From NCBI GenBank assembly GCA_036229005.1, contig JAZAMN010000011.1, positions 191,283 to 255,282 of the forward strand: 64,000 nt of DNA, written 5' to 3'. Below, piece by piece: positions 23,728 through 32,532 of this stretch (within the stretch, counting starts at the first letter, position 1; the number at the start of each line of letters is the position of its first letter). Both the position numbers and the translations under genes were made by a program. This DNA is from Myxococcota bacterium. GTDB lineage: Bacteria; Myxococcota_A; UBA796; CAJQPC01. The notes under the pieces are model-generated. The model worked only from the letters and a program-made list of their open reading frames with translations. It had not been told where the DNA came from and made no database searches.

Positions 23728-24782
23728 TCTGCGTGCCCGACCTCACCCGCGCGGTGGACGTGGGACGGGCCCTCCAGGCCCTGCTCCCCAGACTGGAGGG
23801 CCCAAGCGAGGTGCTCGTTGGCCTGGGTCTCCACCGCCCCATGACCGACGCCGAGCTCGCTCCCCTCCGGGCGGCCTGCCCCTGGCCCATCCGTCAGCAC
23901 GACCCGGATCGCTGCGTCCCTCTGGGCGGCCCCCTGCGCCTCGCCTCGGCCCCGCATGCCGAGGCCCTGCCGCCCATACCCGCCAGGGTCAGCGAGCACA
24001 TGGACGGCATCGACACCCTGGTGCAGGTTGGCTGCGTGGAGCTGCACCAGTACGCGGGCTTCTCCGGCGGGCACAAGGCCACCGTGGTGGGCGCCGGCGG
24101 CCGCGAGACCCTCAGCGCCCTCCACTCCCGAGCGATGGTCTGCGACCCCCGGGTCCAGGTCGGCAAGGTCGGGGACAACCCCTTCCGCGAGGCGATCGAC
24201 ACGCTGGGGGCGCGCCTGGAGGCCCGGCTCGCGCAGCCGTCATTGGCGATGCAGTGGCTGCACGATGGCCGCTGGGTGGTCGGGCCGACCCAGGCGGCGT
24301 TCAGCCTCGCGGCGGAGCTGACGCGGTCATGGATCGCAGTGCCTCGCCGATGGGACCGGGTGTTGCTGCGTGTTCCGCGGATCAAGGCGAGTAGTTTCTA
24401 TCAGGCATCCCGAGCAGCGACCTACCTGGCTCTCTCCCCCTCCCCTCCCCTGAATCCAGGGGCGGAGCTGATCCTGGAGGCGGCGTGTCCCGAGGGCATG
24501 GGGCGCGGTCCTGGTGAGCAGGCCTTCGCGGCGCTGATGGGGGAGACGCCGGCGCCTTGGGGGAGCTTGCTGAGCGGACCGGTTCCGCGGGGGGCGGGGA
24601 TCCAGCGGGCCTTCATGCTGGCGAGGCTGGCCGCTCGCTATCGGCTGCGGGTGGTGGGCTGTGAGCGCGCTCAGGAGCTGAGGGAGCACGGGATCGAGGC
24701 GCAGTCGGCGCCGTGGACGCCGGATGCGGAGACGCTGGTGGTGGAGCACCCCTTCCAGCGCCTGCCCCAGGTCGGAAGCTGA
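23625..24782 (+). CDS. Lactate racemase (LarA/DUF2088) family protein
   Basis: PDLTR, GLGLHRPMT..EL, QHDP, ELHQYAGFSGGHK, FYQASRA and ACPEG motifs; C-terminal part of ORF 22365..24782. Start uncertain. Confidence 0.75.
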   Translation: MGGVGRVPASSGGCAVGLSPEALFGGWRGSGRTLICVPDLTRAVDVGRALQALLPRLEGPSEVLVGLGLHRPMTDAELAPLRAACPWPIRQHDPDRCVPLGGPLRLASAPHAEALPPIPARVSEHMDGIDTLVQVGCVELHQYAGFSGGHKATVVGAGGRETLSALHSRAMVCDPRVQVGKVGDNPFREAIDTLGARLEARLAQPSLAMQWLHDGRWVVGPTQAAFSLAAELTRSWIAVPRRWDRVLLRVPRIKASSFYQASRAATYLALSPSPPLNPGAELILEAACPEGMGRGPGEQAFAALMGETPAPWGSLLSGPVPRGAGIQRAFMLARLAARYRLRVVGCERAQELREHGIEAQSAPWTPDAETLVVEHPFQRLPQVGS

Positions 24783-26181
24783 ACCAGGCCACCCCCCAGA
24801 AGCCACTGAGCAGGAGCGCCTGAAGCCCAAGCGCAGGCCAGTAGCTGAGGTCGAAGGCCAGGAGCACGCCGACCAGATGGTAGAGGGCCAGCCCCGCCTC
24901 CAGTACGACGCTCCAGTGGCCGGGCATGCGGTAGCTGGAGCGTTCGGCGTCGCCGGCCTTGGGGGTGCGGACGAAGGGCGAGCGCTGGCCGCGGAGGGCC
25001 TCGATCACCGCGCGGCTCTGGTTGATGGCCATGCCCATCCCCAGAGCCATCACCCCAGGGATTCGCAGCAGGCGACGGGGCCAGTCGCGGTACACGGCGA
25101 GCTGCGAGCTGCCGTAGAAGAAGAGCACTCCCACCGTGGCGAGCAGGAAGAAGGGCAGGTCCAGCCAGGCCATGGGGACGTCCTCCTGACCGCGGATCCA
25201 GACCGCCAGGGGGGTCAGCAGGGTCAGCAGGACGAGGGGTGGGTAGGCCAGGTTGTTGGAGAGGTGCAGGAGCGCCTCGGCCTTCACCCGCAGCGGGATG
25301 GGGGCGCGCGCCAGGGTGGGCCCCAGCTTGAGCAGGGTCTGGATGGAGCCCTTGGCCCAGCGGTGCTGCTGGGACTTGAAGGCGCGCAGGCTGGGAGGGA
25401 GTTCGGCGGGGACGACGACCTGGGGCAGGTAGACAAAGCGCCAGCCCTGGAGCTGGGCCCGGTAGGAGAGATCCAGGTCCTCCGTGAGGGTGTCGTGCTG
25501 CCAGCCCCCGGCGCTCTCGATGGTCTCCCGGCGCCAGATGCCGGCGGTCCCGTTGAAGTTGAACCAGCGCCCTGAGCGGTGGCGAGCGGTGTGTTCGATC
25601 ACAAAGTGGCCGTCCAGGAGCACGGCCTCCAACCGGGTGAGCAAGCTGGCGTGATCATTGGCGTGTCCCCAGCGCGCCTGCACCATGCCCACCCCCGGCC
25701 CAAAGTGCGGCATCGCCCGCAACAGGAAGTCGTGGGGCGGCAGGAAGTCCGCGTCGAAGATGGCGATGAACTCCCCCCTCACGAGGGGCATCGCGTCCTG
25801 GAGCGCCCCAGCCTTGAAGCCCTGGCGGTCCTCCCGGTGGTGGAGCTGGATGTCGACGCCCTGGGCCTGCCAGCGCTCGACGGCCTGCATCGCGCGCTCG
25901 GTGGTGTCGTCGGTGGAGTCGTCCAGGACCTGGATCTGGAGGGGCCCTGGGTAGGAGAGCTTGCAGGCGTGGTCCACCAGACGGCCCACCACATCGCGCT
26001 CGTTGAAGACTGGAAGCTGAATGGTCACCGCCGGCCACGTCGAGGTCATCCTGGGCTCGGGCCGCTCGGACCACCGCCACCAGAAGCTCGCCGTCAGCCC
26101 CGCTCGGTGGGCACCAAAGAGGGAGAGCGCCGCGGCGCACGCGCCGTAGGTCCCCAGCACTGCGAGCTGCCAGATCTGCAT
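24613..26181 (-). CDS. GT2 cellulose-synthase-like glycosyltransferase
   Basis: [36 protein letters not shown] and QQHRW motifs. Confidence 0.9.
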   Translation of the reverse strand: MQIWQLAVLGTYGACAAALSLFGAHRAGLTASFWWRWSERPEPRMTSTWPAVTIQLPVFNERDVVGRLVDHACKLSYPGPLQIQVLDDSTDDTTERAMQAVERWQAQGVDIQLHHREDRQGFKAGALQDAMPLVRGEFIAIFDADFLPPHDFLLRAMPHFGPGVGMVQARWGHANDHASLLTRLEAVLLDGHFVIEHTARHRSGRWFNFNGTAGIWRRETIESAGGWQHDTLTEDLDLSYRAQLQGWRFVYLPQVVVPAELPPSLRAFKSQQHRWAKGSIQTLLKLGPTLARAPIPLRVKAEALLHLSNNLAYPPLVLLTLLTPLAVWIRGQEDVPMAWLDLPFFLLATVGVLFFYGSSQLAVYRDWPRRLLRIPGVMALGMGMAINQSRAVIEALRGQRSPFVRTPKAGDAERSSYRMPGHWSVVLEAGLALYHLVGVLLAFDLSYWPALGLQALLLSGFWGVAWFSFRPGAGAGRGAPPPASPHPASTAPTAPRSRAPSAPERAHSPPPAADSERPASPA

Positions 26182-26232
26182 GGCCGGGGCTCTAACCGGA
26201 GCCTGGGCGGGAGGACCGGATGCGACGATCTG

Positions 26233-26591
26233 GCGCAACCGGGCTTGAACGCGACACGGGGCTGCGCAAGTGGGTCCGAATGCAACGGTGGCTCGCGCAA
26301 GTGGGCCCGAACGCAACAGCGAATTGCGCAACCCAAGCTCAACGCAACAAGGGGCTACGCAAGTGGCTCTGAACGCAACAAGGGCCGACGCAAGTCGGAC
26401 TGAACGCAACACGAGAGAACCAGGCGCGGACCACGTGTTGCATTCGCTGGCACTTGCGCGGCGCCCGGTTGCGTTCGCTGGCACTTGCGCGGCGGCATGT
26501 TGCGTTCACTGGCACTTGCGCGGCGGCATGTTGCGTTCGCCCATTCTTGCGCAGCCCGACCGCCCTGATTGCCCCCAACCGGCACTTGCGG
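26233..26591. repeat. Bipartite inverted array of 31-bp units (consensus GCGCAA-N8-GAACGCAAC-N8)
   Basis: Forward units start at 26233, 26264, 26295, 26326, 26357, 26388; reverse units at 26437, 26468, 26499, 26530; partial unit ending at 26591. Confidence 0.9.
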
Positions 26592-26614
26592 AGGCCGCCG
26601 ACCGGGCCTAGACT
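26586..26614 (+). promoter_or_regulatory. Sigma70 promoter of the putative 6S RNA
   Basis: TTGCGG-17nt-TAGACT, with +1 coinciding with the start of the RNA closing stem. Confidence 0.65.
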
Positions 26615-26619
26615 CCTTG

Positions 26620-26805
26620 TGGGATTCCTGCCTGGTGCGAATCAAGGCCCGGAATGCTGTTCCTCCGTACTTGTTTCCTTCTGGAGACTGATCTTTTGCT
26701 GCTTGTGCATGCCCTCAAGGCAGGGAAGCCGTCCGGCAGCAAGTCGTCCCCTCTCTTTACTGAGAGGAGGACTGCACCGAGCCGTACGGCCGAGGTGGTG
26801 TCCCA
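26620..26805 (+). ncRNA. ssrS: Probable 6S RNA
   Basis: 186-nt rod: UGGGAU/GUCCCA closing stem, GGCCCGG/CCGAGCC, UCCUCC/GGAGGA, pyrimidine-rich central bubble with a 3' CUCUC/GAGAG hairpin, UUGCUGC/GCAGCAA, apical GUGCAUG...GGGAAGCC as in 6S RNAs. Confidence 0.7.
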
Positions 26806-26807
26806 GT

Positions 26808-26858
26808 TCCCCCCGACCCTGAGCCTGTGAGCCGGTCGAGGGGGAGCATCTCCTTTTC
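26808..26858 (+). terminator. Hairpin/terminator downstream of the putative 6S RNA
   Basis: tcccccgacc...ggtcgaggggga stem followed by ccttttc. Confidence 0.4.
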
Positions 26859-26907
26859 GTGAACCCCCAGGCGTCCGAAGGGTCCCATAGGGAACACGGA
26901 GACCCTG

Positions 26908-27882
26908 ATGTTGCTGCTTCTGCTCGCCTGCCTGCATCACCTGCCCGAGCCCGTTGGGGGCTACCAGGCCCAGCGCCACGCGCCCCCCGCCAGTCTGGCC
27001 GAGGTCTTCGCGAAGCAGGACCCCCAAGCTGTCTACGACGAGGCGGTCGCCCGGCGCATGGACGGCGACTTCCAGGGGGCCATCGAGCGGCTGGCCTGGC
27101 TCTCTCTGCGGGACCCGAGTCCGCGGGTGCTCTACCAACTCGGCATCGCCCATGAACTCGGCGGCGAACCCCACGAGGCCCTGGCGGTCTACGACCAGCT
27201 CCTGCTGAGCGAGCCGGGCCCTGACTGGGAGCGGGACGCCAGCTTCAGGCGCGGTCTCTGCTTTGAGGACCTGGGGGACTGGGAGGCCGCCTACGCTCAG
27301 TACCAAGCCATCCCCGCCCGCGGTCTCGACGGCGAGGAGCTGTGGACCCTGCAGATCTCGCGCGCCATCACAGAGCTCCACACCAACCGGACCCGCGCTG
27401 GCCGTCGACACCTGGAGCGCACTCTGGGCGCCAGCGAGGACACCAGCATCACCTGGATCCGGGCCAAGGGCTGGTACCACCTGATGCTGGACAGCCTGGC
27501 GGAGCCCACGCCCCTGGCACAGCCCACCGAGCGCAAGCAGGTCAAGGCCTTGCGGGCTCGGGCTGGACAGCTCGTGGACGCCGAACGCGAGCTCGTGCAG
27601 ATCGTCCACCTCAAGGAGCCTGAGTTCATCCTGGCGGGCCTGCTCGGCCTGGGGGATGGCTACGCCTCTCTGGCCATCGATCTGGCCGCGCTCCCCGCCC
27701 CCGAGGGGCTGAGCGACGACGTGCTGGCCCTCTACCAACGGGGCGTCACCGAAAAGGTCAACACCCTGCGCCGCAAGGCTTGGGAGTGCTACGACCAGGG
27801 GCTGGTGGTGGCGGGGACCTTTGGGCTGGAGGGGGAGCAGGTGGAGGTGTTGATGGTGCGGCGGGAGGGGCTGGGGTTGTGA
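26908..27882 (+). CDS. TPR-repeat lipoprotein
   Basis: MLLLLLAC lipobox; helical TPR patterns (LYQLGIAHE, FRRGLCFEDLG). Confidence 0.7.
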   Translation: MLLLLLACLHHLPEPVGGYQAQRHAPPASLAEVFAKQDPQAVYDEAVARRMDGDFQGAIERLAWLSLRDPSPRVLYQLGIAHELGGEPHEALAVYDQLLLSEPGPDWERDASFRRGLCFEDLGDWEAAYAQYQAIPARGLDGEELWTLQISRAITELHTNRTRAGRRHLERTLGASEDTSITWIRAKGWYHLMLDSLAEPTPLAQPTERKQVKALRARAGQLVDAERELVQIVHLKEPEFILAGLLGLGDGYASLAIDLAALPAPEGLSDDVLALYQRGVTEKVNTLRRKAWECYDQGLVVAGTFGLEGEQVEVLMVRREGLGL

Positions 27883-28012
27883 CCCTCCCACATCTGAGTT
27901 CCGCCACCGACCTGCAGAGATCCCGGTAGCGAAGCCCCGTCCCACGGGCGTCGAGACTATCTTAGGTACATCTGCCGGCGTGACCGGTGTAGGGTCGCCT
28001 GCAGGAGGCAAC

Positions 28013-29917
28013 ATGCTCTTGCTATTGGGCTGCTTGACCTCGCCGGGGGAGTACCAAGACCTTCTGGCGAAGTCGAAGGACTTTGATGGGGACGGCTACG
28101 ACGCTGTAGAGCACGGCGGACTGGACTGTGACGACGAAGACCCCACTGTGGGGCCGCAGTTTGACGAGTACTGCGATGGGAAGGACAACGACTGCGACGC
28201 GGACGTGGATGAAGACGCTGCGGACGGTCTGAGCTGGTACCGAGACTGGGACGAGGACGGCTTCGGCGAGGACGCAGAGGAGGTCTTCTCCTGCGAGGCA
28301 CCCGAGGACTACGTCGATGAGCCTGGGGACTGCGACGACCGGGACCCAGCGATCCACCCTGACGCGCCGGAGATCTGCGACGGCGGGGTCGACAACAACT
28401 GCAACGGCCTCGCCGACGACGAGGACCAGGTCGACCTGAGCTCAGGCAGCACCTGGTACCTGGACGAAGATGGGGACGGTTGGGGCACCGAGAGCCTTCA
28501 AGCTTGCGAGGTGCCAGAGGGATACGCAACCAAGGACGGCGACTGCGACGACACGCTTCGCAAGGTGAATCCTGGGAAGACCGAGGTGTGTGGGGACGGG
28601 CTGGACAACGACTGCAGTGGTGGGGCGCCGGAGTGCGGGATTGTGGGGGAGTACAAGTTCTCCACGGCGGATCACGTCCTATGGGGCGGCAGTCACGGAG
28701 ACCTATTTGGGATGTCCGTTGCTGTGGTTGAGGCCACAGGGGAGATCATCGTGGGCGCTCCCGGCGACGACCTCCAGGCAGAAGACGCGGGAAGGCTCGA
28801 AGGCTTCAGCAACACGACCATGAGTTCGGGGTCCCAAGACTGGAACTTGTTCTTTGCAGAGAGCGGTCAGCGAGGTGGCGGAATGCTCTTCGACCTCGGG
28901 GACCTGACAGGGGACGGAGTGCCGGAGGTGCTGGCAGGGGGACTGGACACCTACGACACAAGCGGGGTCGCGAGCTTGATGAGCTTCAACGGGACCAAGT
29001 GGACAGAGGAAGCGGTACTGCAAGGGGCACAGGACACCTTTGGAATTGCAGCTGCTGGCCTTCCCGCGACAGGGAACGGCGGAGTGGGGCTGGCCATCGG
29101 CGACCCCATGTACCTCTACGGGATTGGAGCCGTTCATGTTTGGCTGGACTTGCCGGCGGGGAACCAAGGGGTGAGCGATGCGGACATTCGCATCCTCGGC
29201 GAAGACGACGACCAACAACTGGGTCAGATCAATTCACTGACTAGCGGGGACTGGGACGGAGACGGAGTGACCGCCCTGTTCATGGGGACCGGTCTTGGAG
29301 AGGGATTCGTGGATGCTCCCTCAACCTGGACTACTGGCGACAGGTTGGTCTCTGACACACAAACCCGGGTCAGATCCGGGGAGGAGGACTCCATGCTCGG
29401 GGTGGGGGCGGCGACGGGTGACATCAACGGCGACGGCTACCCCGACCTCGTGTTGTCGGCACCAATGCACGACACGTCGGTGCACGCCGACGTTGGCGTT
29501 GTGTTTGTCTTCTCCGGGTCCCCCAGCCCGTGGGGGCCATCCGTTGGAACCGGAGACGCAGCCACAACCATAGTTGGCGACTTCGACGGAAGCGGCTTCG
29601 GATTCGGTCTAGCCCTTGGAGATGCCGATGGAGATGGGACCGACGATGTCGCCGCCAGCTACGGAAGCTCCGCGCTGAGAAGATCCTATGTAGCCGTCTT
29701 CACGGCCATTCCGAGTGGTGAGGTCGACTTCGCACAGGCCACGGCGACTATCGAGGGACAGGGCGACGAGCCCTGCGGGCAATTTCGGAGCGTCCATCTC
29801 GGAGACCTGAACGGAGATGACATGGAAGACTTGGTCTTGGGATGTCCGGAGGCCTCGGAGGATGTCTGGGCCGACGAGTTGGGCGCCGTGAGCGTCTTCC
29901 TCACCCAAGGCCTCTGA
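28013..29917 (+). CDS. Lipoprotein with DCDD...P.A.E.CDG.DNDC metal-binding repeats and FG-GAP propeller
   Basis: AGGAGG RBS, MLLLLGC, three MopE-like repeats, then GDLNGDG-type FG-GAP repeats. Confidence 0.85.
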   Translation: MLLLLGCLTSPGEYQDLLAKSKDFDGDGYDAVEHGGLDCDDEDPTVGPQFDEYCDGKDNDCDADVDEDAADGLSWYRDWDEDGFGEDAEEVFSCEAPEDYVDEPGDCDDRDPAIHPDAPEICDGGVDNNCNGLADDEDQVDLSSGSTWYLDEDGDGWGTESLQACEVPEGYATKDGDCDDTLRKVNPGKTEVCGDGLDNDCSGGAPECGIVGEYKFSTADHVLWGGSHGDLFGMSVAVVEATGEIIVGAPGDDLQAEDAGRLEGFSNTTMSSGSQDWNLFFAESGQRGGGMLFDLGDLTGDGVPEVLAGGLDTYDTSGVASLMSFNGTKWTEEAVLQGAQDTFGIAAAGLPATGNGGVGLAIGDPMYLYGIGAVHVWLDLPAGNQGVSDADIRILGEDDDQQLGQINSLTSGDWDGDGVTALFMGTGLGEGFVDAPSTWTTGDRLVSDTQTRVRSGEEDSMLGVGAATGDINGDGYPDLVLSAPMHDTSVHADVGVVFVFSGSPSPWGPSVGTGDAATTIVGDFDGSGFGFGLALGDADGDGTDDVAASYGSSALRRSYVAVFTAIPSGEVDFAQATATIEGQGDEPCGQFRSVHLGDLNGDDMEDLVLGCPEASEDVWADELGAVSVFLTQGL

Positions 29918-29922
29918 AGCAC

Positions 29923-29950
29923 CAAGGGCGGCCCCGAAGGACCGCCCTTG
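29923..29950. terminator. Hairpin between convergent genes
   Basis: caagggcggcc-ccgaa-ggaccgcccttg. Confidence 0.6.
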
Positions 29951-29970
29951 CTCAGCTCTCAGCCTGCGAA

Positions 29971-31116
29971 TCAGTCGCGGCGGCGGAAGAGGAGGGCCAG
30001 GCCCGCCAGCAGCATGCCGAAGCCCGCGAAGGAGCCGCCGGTGCTGGTGGTGGAGCAGCCAAAGAGGCCGTCAGCCTCGCCGGGGTCGGCGAAGGGGTTG
30101 GTGGGGCCGCCGGAAGGATCGCCGGAGGGGTCCTCTTCCTCGCTGCCGGTGTCGTCGCCGAACCAGGGCTCGCCGGTGTCGCCGGTGTCCTCGGAGCCGG
30201 TATCACCGGTGTCGGCGGGCTCGTCAGGGGTGTAGGCGGGGCGGGAGAGTTCGATGTCGGTGACCTCGACGGAGAAGTAGCGGTTGGACCACCCCGTCCA
30301 AACGCTGCCCTCAGTACCACCGAACAACTCCAAGGTGTCGATGGTGAAGGTGGAGCCTTCCTCTGCCTGCATGACGAGGAAGTACTCGTAGTAGGCGGAC
30401 TGCTCCTTTCGATCGCTGGTCTCAAGGGTGGTGGACCAAAGCATCTCGCCAGGGCGTCCGTTGACGATGGTGTTCCAACGGTAGAGCTCGTTGGTGTACT
30501 CGGTCTTGACGTTGTACTCGCTGGAGACATGTCCCTTGGTCTGGACAGTCACCTCCGCGGTGGCGTTGGTCTCCGGGTCTGTCACCTTCTTTGCGCCCAT
30601 CGCGGAGCCCTCAGCAGAGCCTCCCACGCCGTAGCTGTTGCGGAGAGTGACCTGACCGTACGACTCCATGCCGTAGTTCTCGAAGGGAAGACTCCAATCC
30701 CAACGGAAAGCCTGAGTACTTCCGTAGTCGGCCGAAACCAGAACCTCCTGCACGGGGAGTGCGCTCGACGTGGAGAGGTACTGGGACTCTCCCAGCTTCG
30801 GGGTGGTCCGGGCCTTGATCACCGCGACGTAGAAGTCCGAACCGCGGTCGATGGAGCTCTCAAACCAGAAGAACTCGACGATGCCGTCGATGCTGCTGCC
30901 GTACTCGTCCTCGGCTCCCATGTAGAGGGTGTTGCCAGACCAGTAGGTGTAGGTGGTCACCCCTTCGTCCGCGGTCGGCCCCGGACCGTGGTCCACGAAG
31001 TCAACGTCGGTCTGACCGTCCAAGATGACCGCACCGGTGTAGCTGGTCTCTGCATCAGACAGACCGCCGCCCTCTTCTGCCATGGCCAGGGAGCTGAGGA
31101 GAATGGTCGCGAGCAT
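29971..31116 (-). CDS. Secreted MYXO-CTERM surface protein of unknown function
   Basis: Signal peptide ending AMA; DTGDTG linker; GCSTT-hydrophobic-RRRD C-terminus. Confidence 0.8.
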   Translation of the reverse strand: MLATILLSSLAMAEEGGGLSDAETSYTGAVILDGQTDVDFVDHGPGPTADEGVTTYTYWSGNTLYMGAEDEYGSSIDGIVEFFWFESSIDRGSDFYVAVIKARTTPKLGESQYLSTSSALPVQEVLVSADYGSTQAFRWDWSLPFENYGMESYGQVTLRNSYGVGGSAEGSAMGAKKVTDPETNATAEVTVQTKGHVSSEYNVKTEYTNELYRWNTIVNGRPGEMLWSTTLETSDRKEQSAYYEYFLVMQAEEGSTFTIDTLELFGGTEGSVWTGWSNRYFSVEVTDIELSRPAYTPDEPADTGDTGSEDTGDTGEPWFGDDTGSEEEDPSGDPSGGPTNPFADPGEADGLFGCSTTSTGGSFAGFGMLLAGLALLFRRRD

Positions 31117-31320
31117 GGGAACCTCCGAGAAATCGTGTGCCGACTCTACCGGTAGCCTGAAGGGTCGTCCAATCCCAGTCAGGGAACGCCCGAAAGAAGC
31201 GTGCCAACCTGGGCCGAGTTTTCTTACACCCTGGCCCGCGGCCCGTGCCAACTTCGCGCGCCCCCCAAACGAACAAGGCCCCGCCCGAAGGCGAGGCCCT
31301 GCCAGTCCCTCCCTACAAGA

Positions 31321-32439
31321 TCAGTCGGCGTTCTTGTAGAAGGTAGGGATGTCGTAGTCGTCGTGGCTCAGATCGAAGCCCGAGGACATCTGCTTGCGAC
31401 CGCCGGTGCGGGCGCGGCCACCGCCGGCGACCTGGGCGGCGACGCGGCGCTCGACGCTGGGGAGGGCCGACTGGCGGGCCTCCTCGAAGCCGGTGGCGAT
31501 CACCGTCACGCGGGTCTCGTCTTCCATGGTGTCGTCGATGACCCAACCCCAGATGAGGTTGACGTCCTCGTGGCACTCCTCCTGGATGAGGGTGGAGGCC
31601 TCGTTGATCTCGTACATGGTCAGGTTCGAGTTGCCGGTGATGTTCATCAGCACGGAGGTGGCGCCGCTGATGCTCACGTCGTCCAGCAGGGGGCTGGAGA
31701 TGGCGCGCTGCGCAGCGTCCACGGTCTTGTGCTCACCAGAGGCCGTGCCCACACCCATCAGAGCGACGCCCTTGCTGGCCATGGTGGTCCGAACGTCGGC
31801 GAAGTCGACGTTGACGATGCCCTCGTTGTTGATGAGGTCGGAGACGCCCTTCACGGCCTGCAGCAGCACCTGGTCGGCCAGGTTGAAGGCCTCCTTCATG
31901 GTGGTGCGCTCGTTGGCCATGGAGATCAGGCGCTGGTTGGGGATGGTGATCAGGGTATCGACCACACCCTTGAGGGTCTCGATGCCCTCTTCGGCCTGAC
32001 GACGGCGCTTCTTGCCCTCGAACCAGAAGGGACGGGTGACCACGCCCACGGTCAGGGCGCCGGCCTCCTTGGCGAGCTGGGCCAGGACCGGTGCGGAGCC
32101 GGTGCCGGTGCCGCCGCCCATGCCTGCGGTCACGAAGACCATGTCCGCGCCCACGACCAGCTCGGCCAGACGGTCGCGGTCTTCCAGGGCGGCCTCACGA
32201 CCGACCTCGGGGTTGGCGCCAGCGCCCAGGCCCCGGGTGAGCTGACCGCCCATCTGGAAGCGGCGGGTGGCCAGGCTGCGGCGCAGGTCCTGGGAGTCGG
32301 TGTTGACCGCGATGAACTCAACACCCTTCATCCCCGAGGAGATCATGGTGTTGATGGCGTTGTTGCCGCCGCCTCCCACGCCAATCACCTTGATCTGGGC
32401 GCCGTCAGGCAGCTCGTTTTCGATGAGCTCGATGTTCAT
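31321..32439 (-). CDS. ftsZ: Cell division protein FtsZ
   Basis: [24 protein letters not shown] and C-terminal DIPTF motifs. Confidence 0.98.
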   Translation of the reverse strand: MNIELIENELPDGAQIKVIGVGGGGNNAINTMISSGMKGVEFIAVNTDSQDLRRSLATRRFQMGGQLTRGLGAGANPEVGREAALEDRDRLAELVVGADMVFVTAGMGGGTGTGSAPVLAQLAKEAGALTVGVVTRPFWFEGKKRRRQAEEGIETLKGVVDTLITIPNQRLISMANERTTMKEAFNLADQVLLQAVKGVSDLINNEGIVNVDFADVRTTMASKGVALMGVGTASGEHKTVDAAQRAISSPLLDDVSISGATSVLMNITGNSNLTMYEINEASTLIQEECHEDVNLIWGWVIDDTMEDETRVTVIATGFEEARQSALPSVERRVAAQVAGGGRARTGGRKQMSSGFDLSHDDYDIPTFYKNAD

Positions 32440-32532
32440 TGGAGGGGCTCCGGGAGGGACTGTTTGGAGGGGAGGTTTCGGGCGAGGCCCGAGGGGGGAT
32501 TTCGGGAAGGGGTGCGCAGGGAGCGCGGGAGC

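Noticed and set aside
26182..26484. N-terminal extension of the GT2 ORF and small NAT-repeat ORFs
   Set aside because: These are translations of the non-coding 31-bp array; the period is not a multiple of 3 and family similarity begins at M26181.
26233..26552. CRISPR array interpretation of the 31-bp repeats
   Set aside because: Variable parts are only 8 nt, repeats are degenerate and switch orientation, and no cas genes are present.
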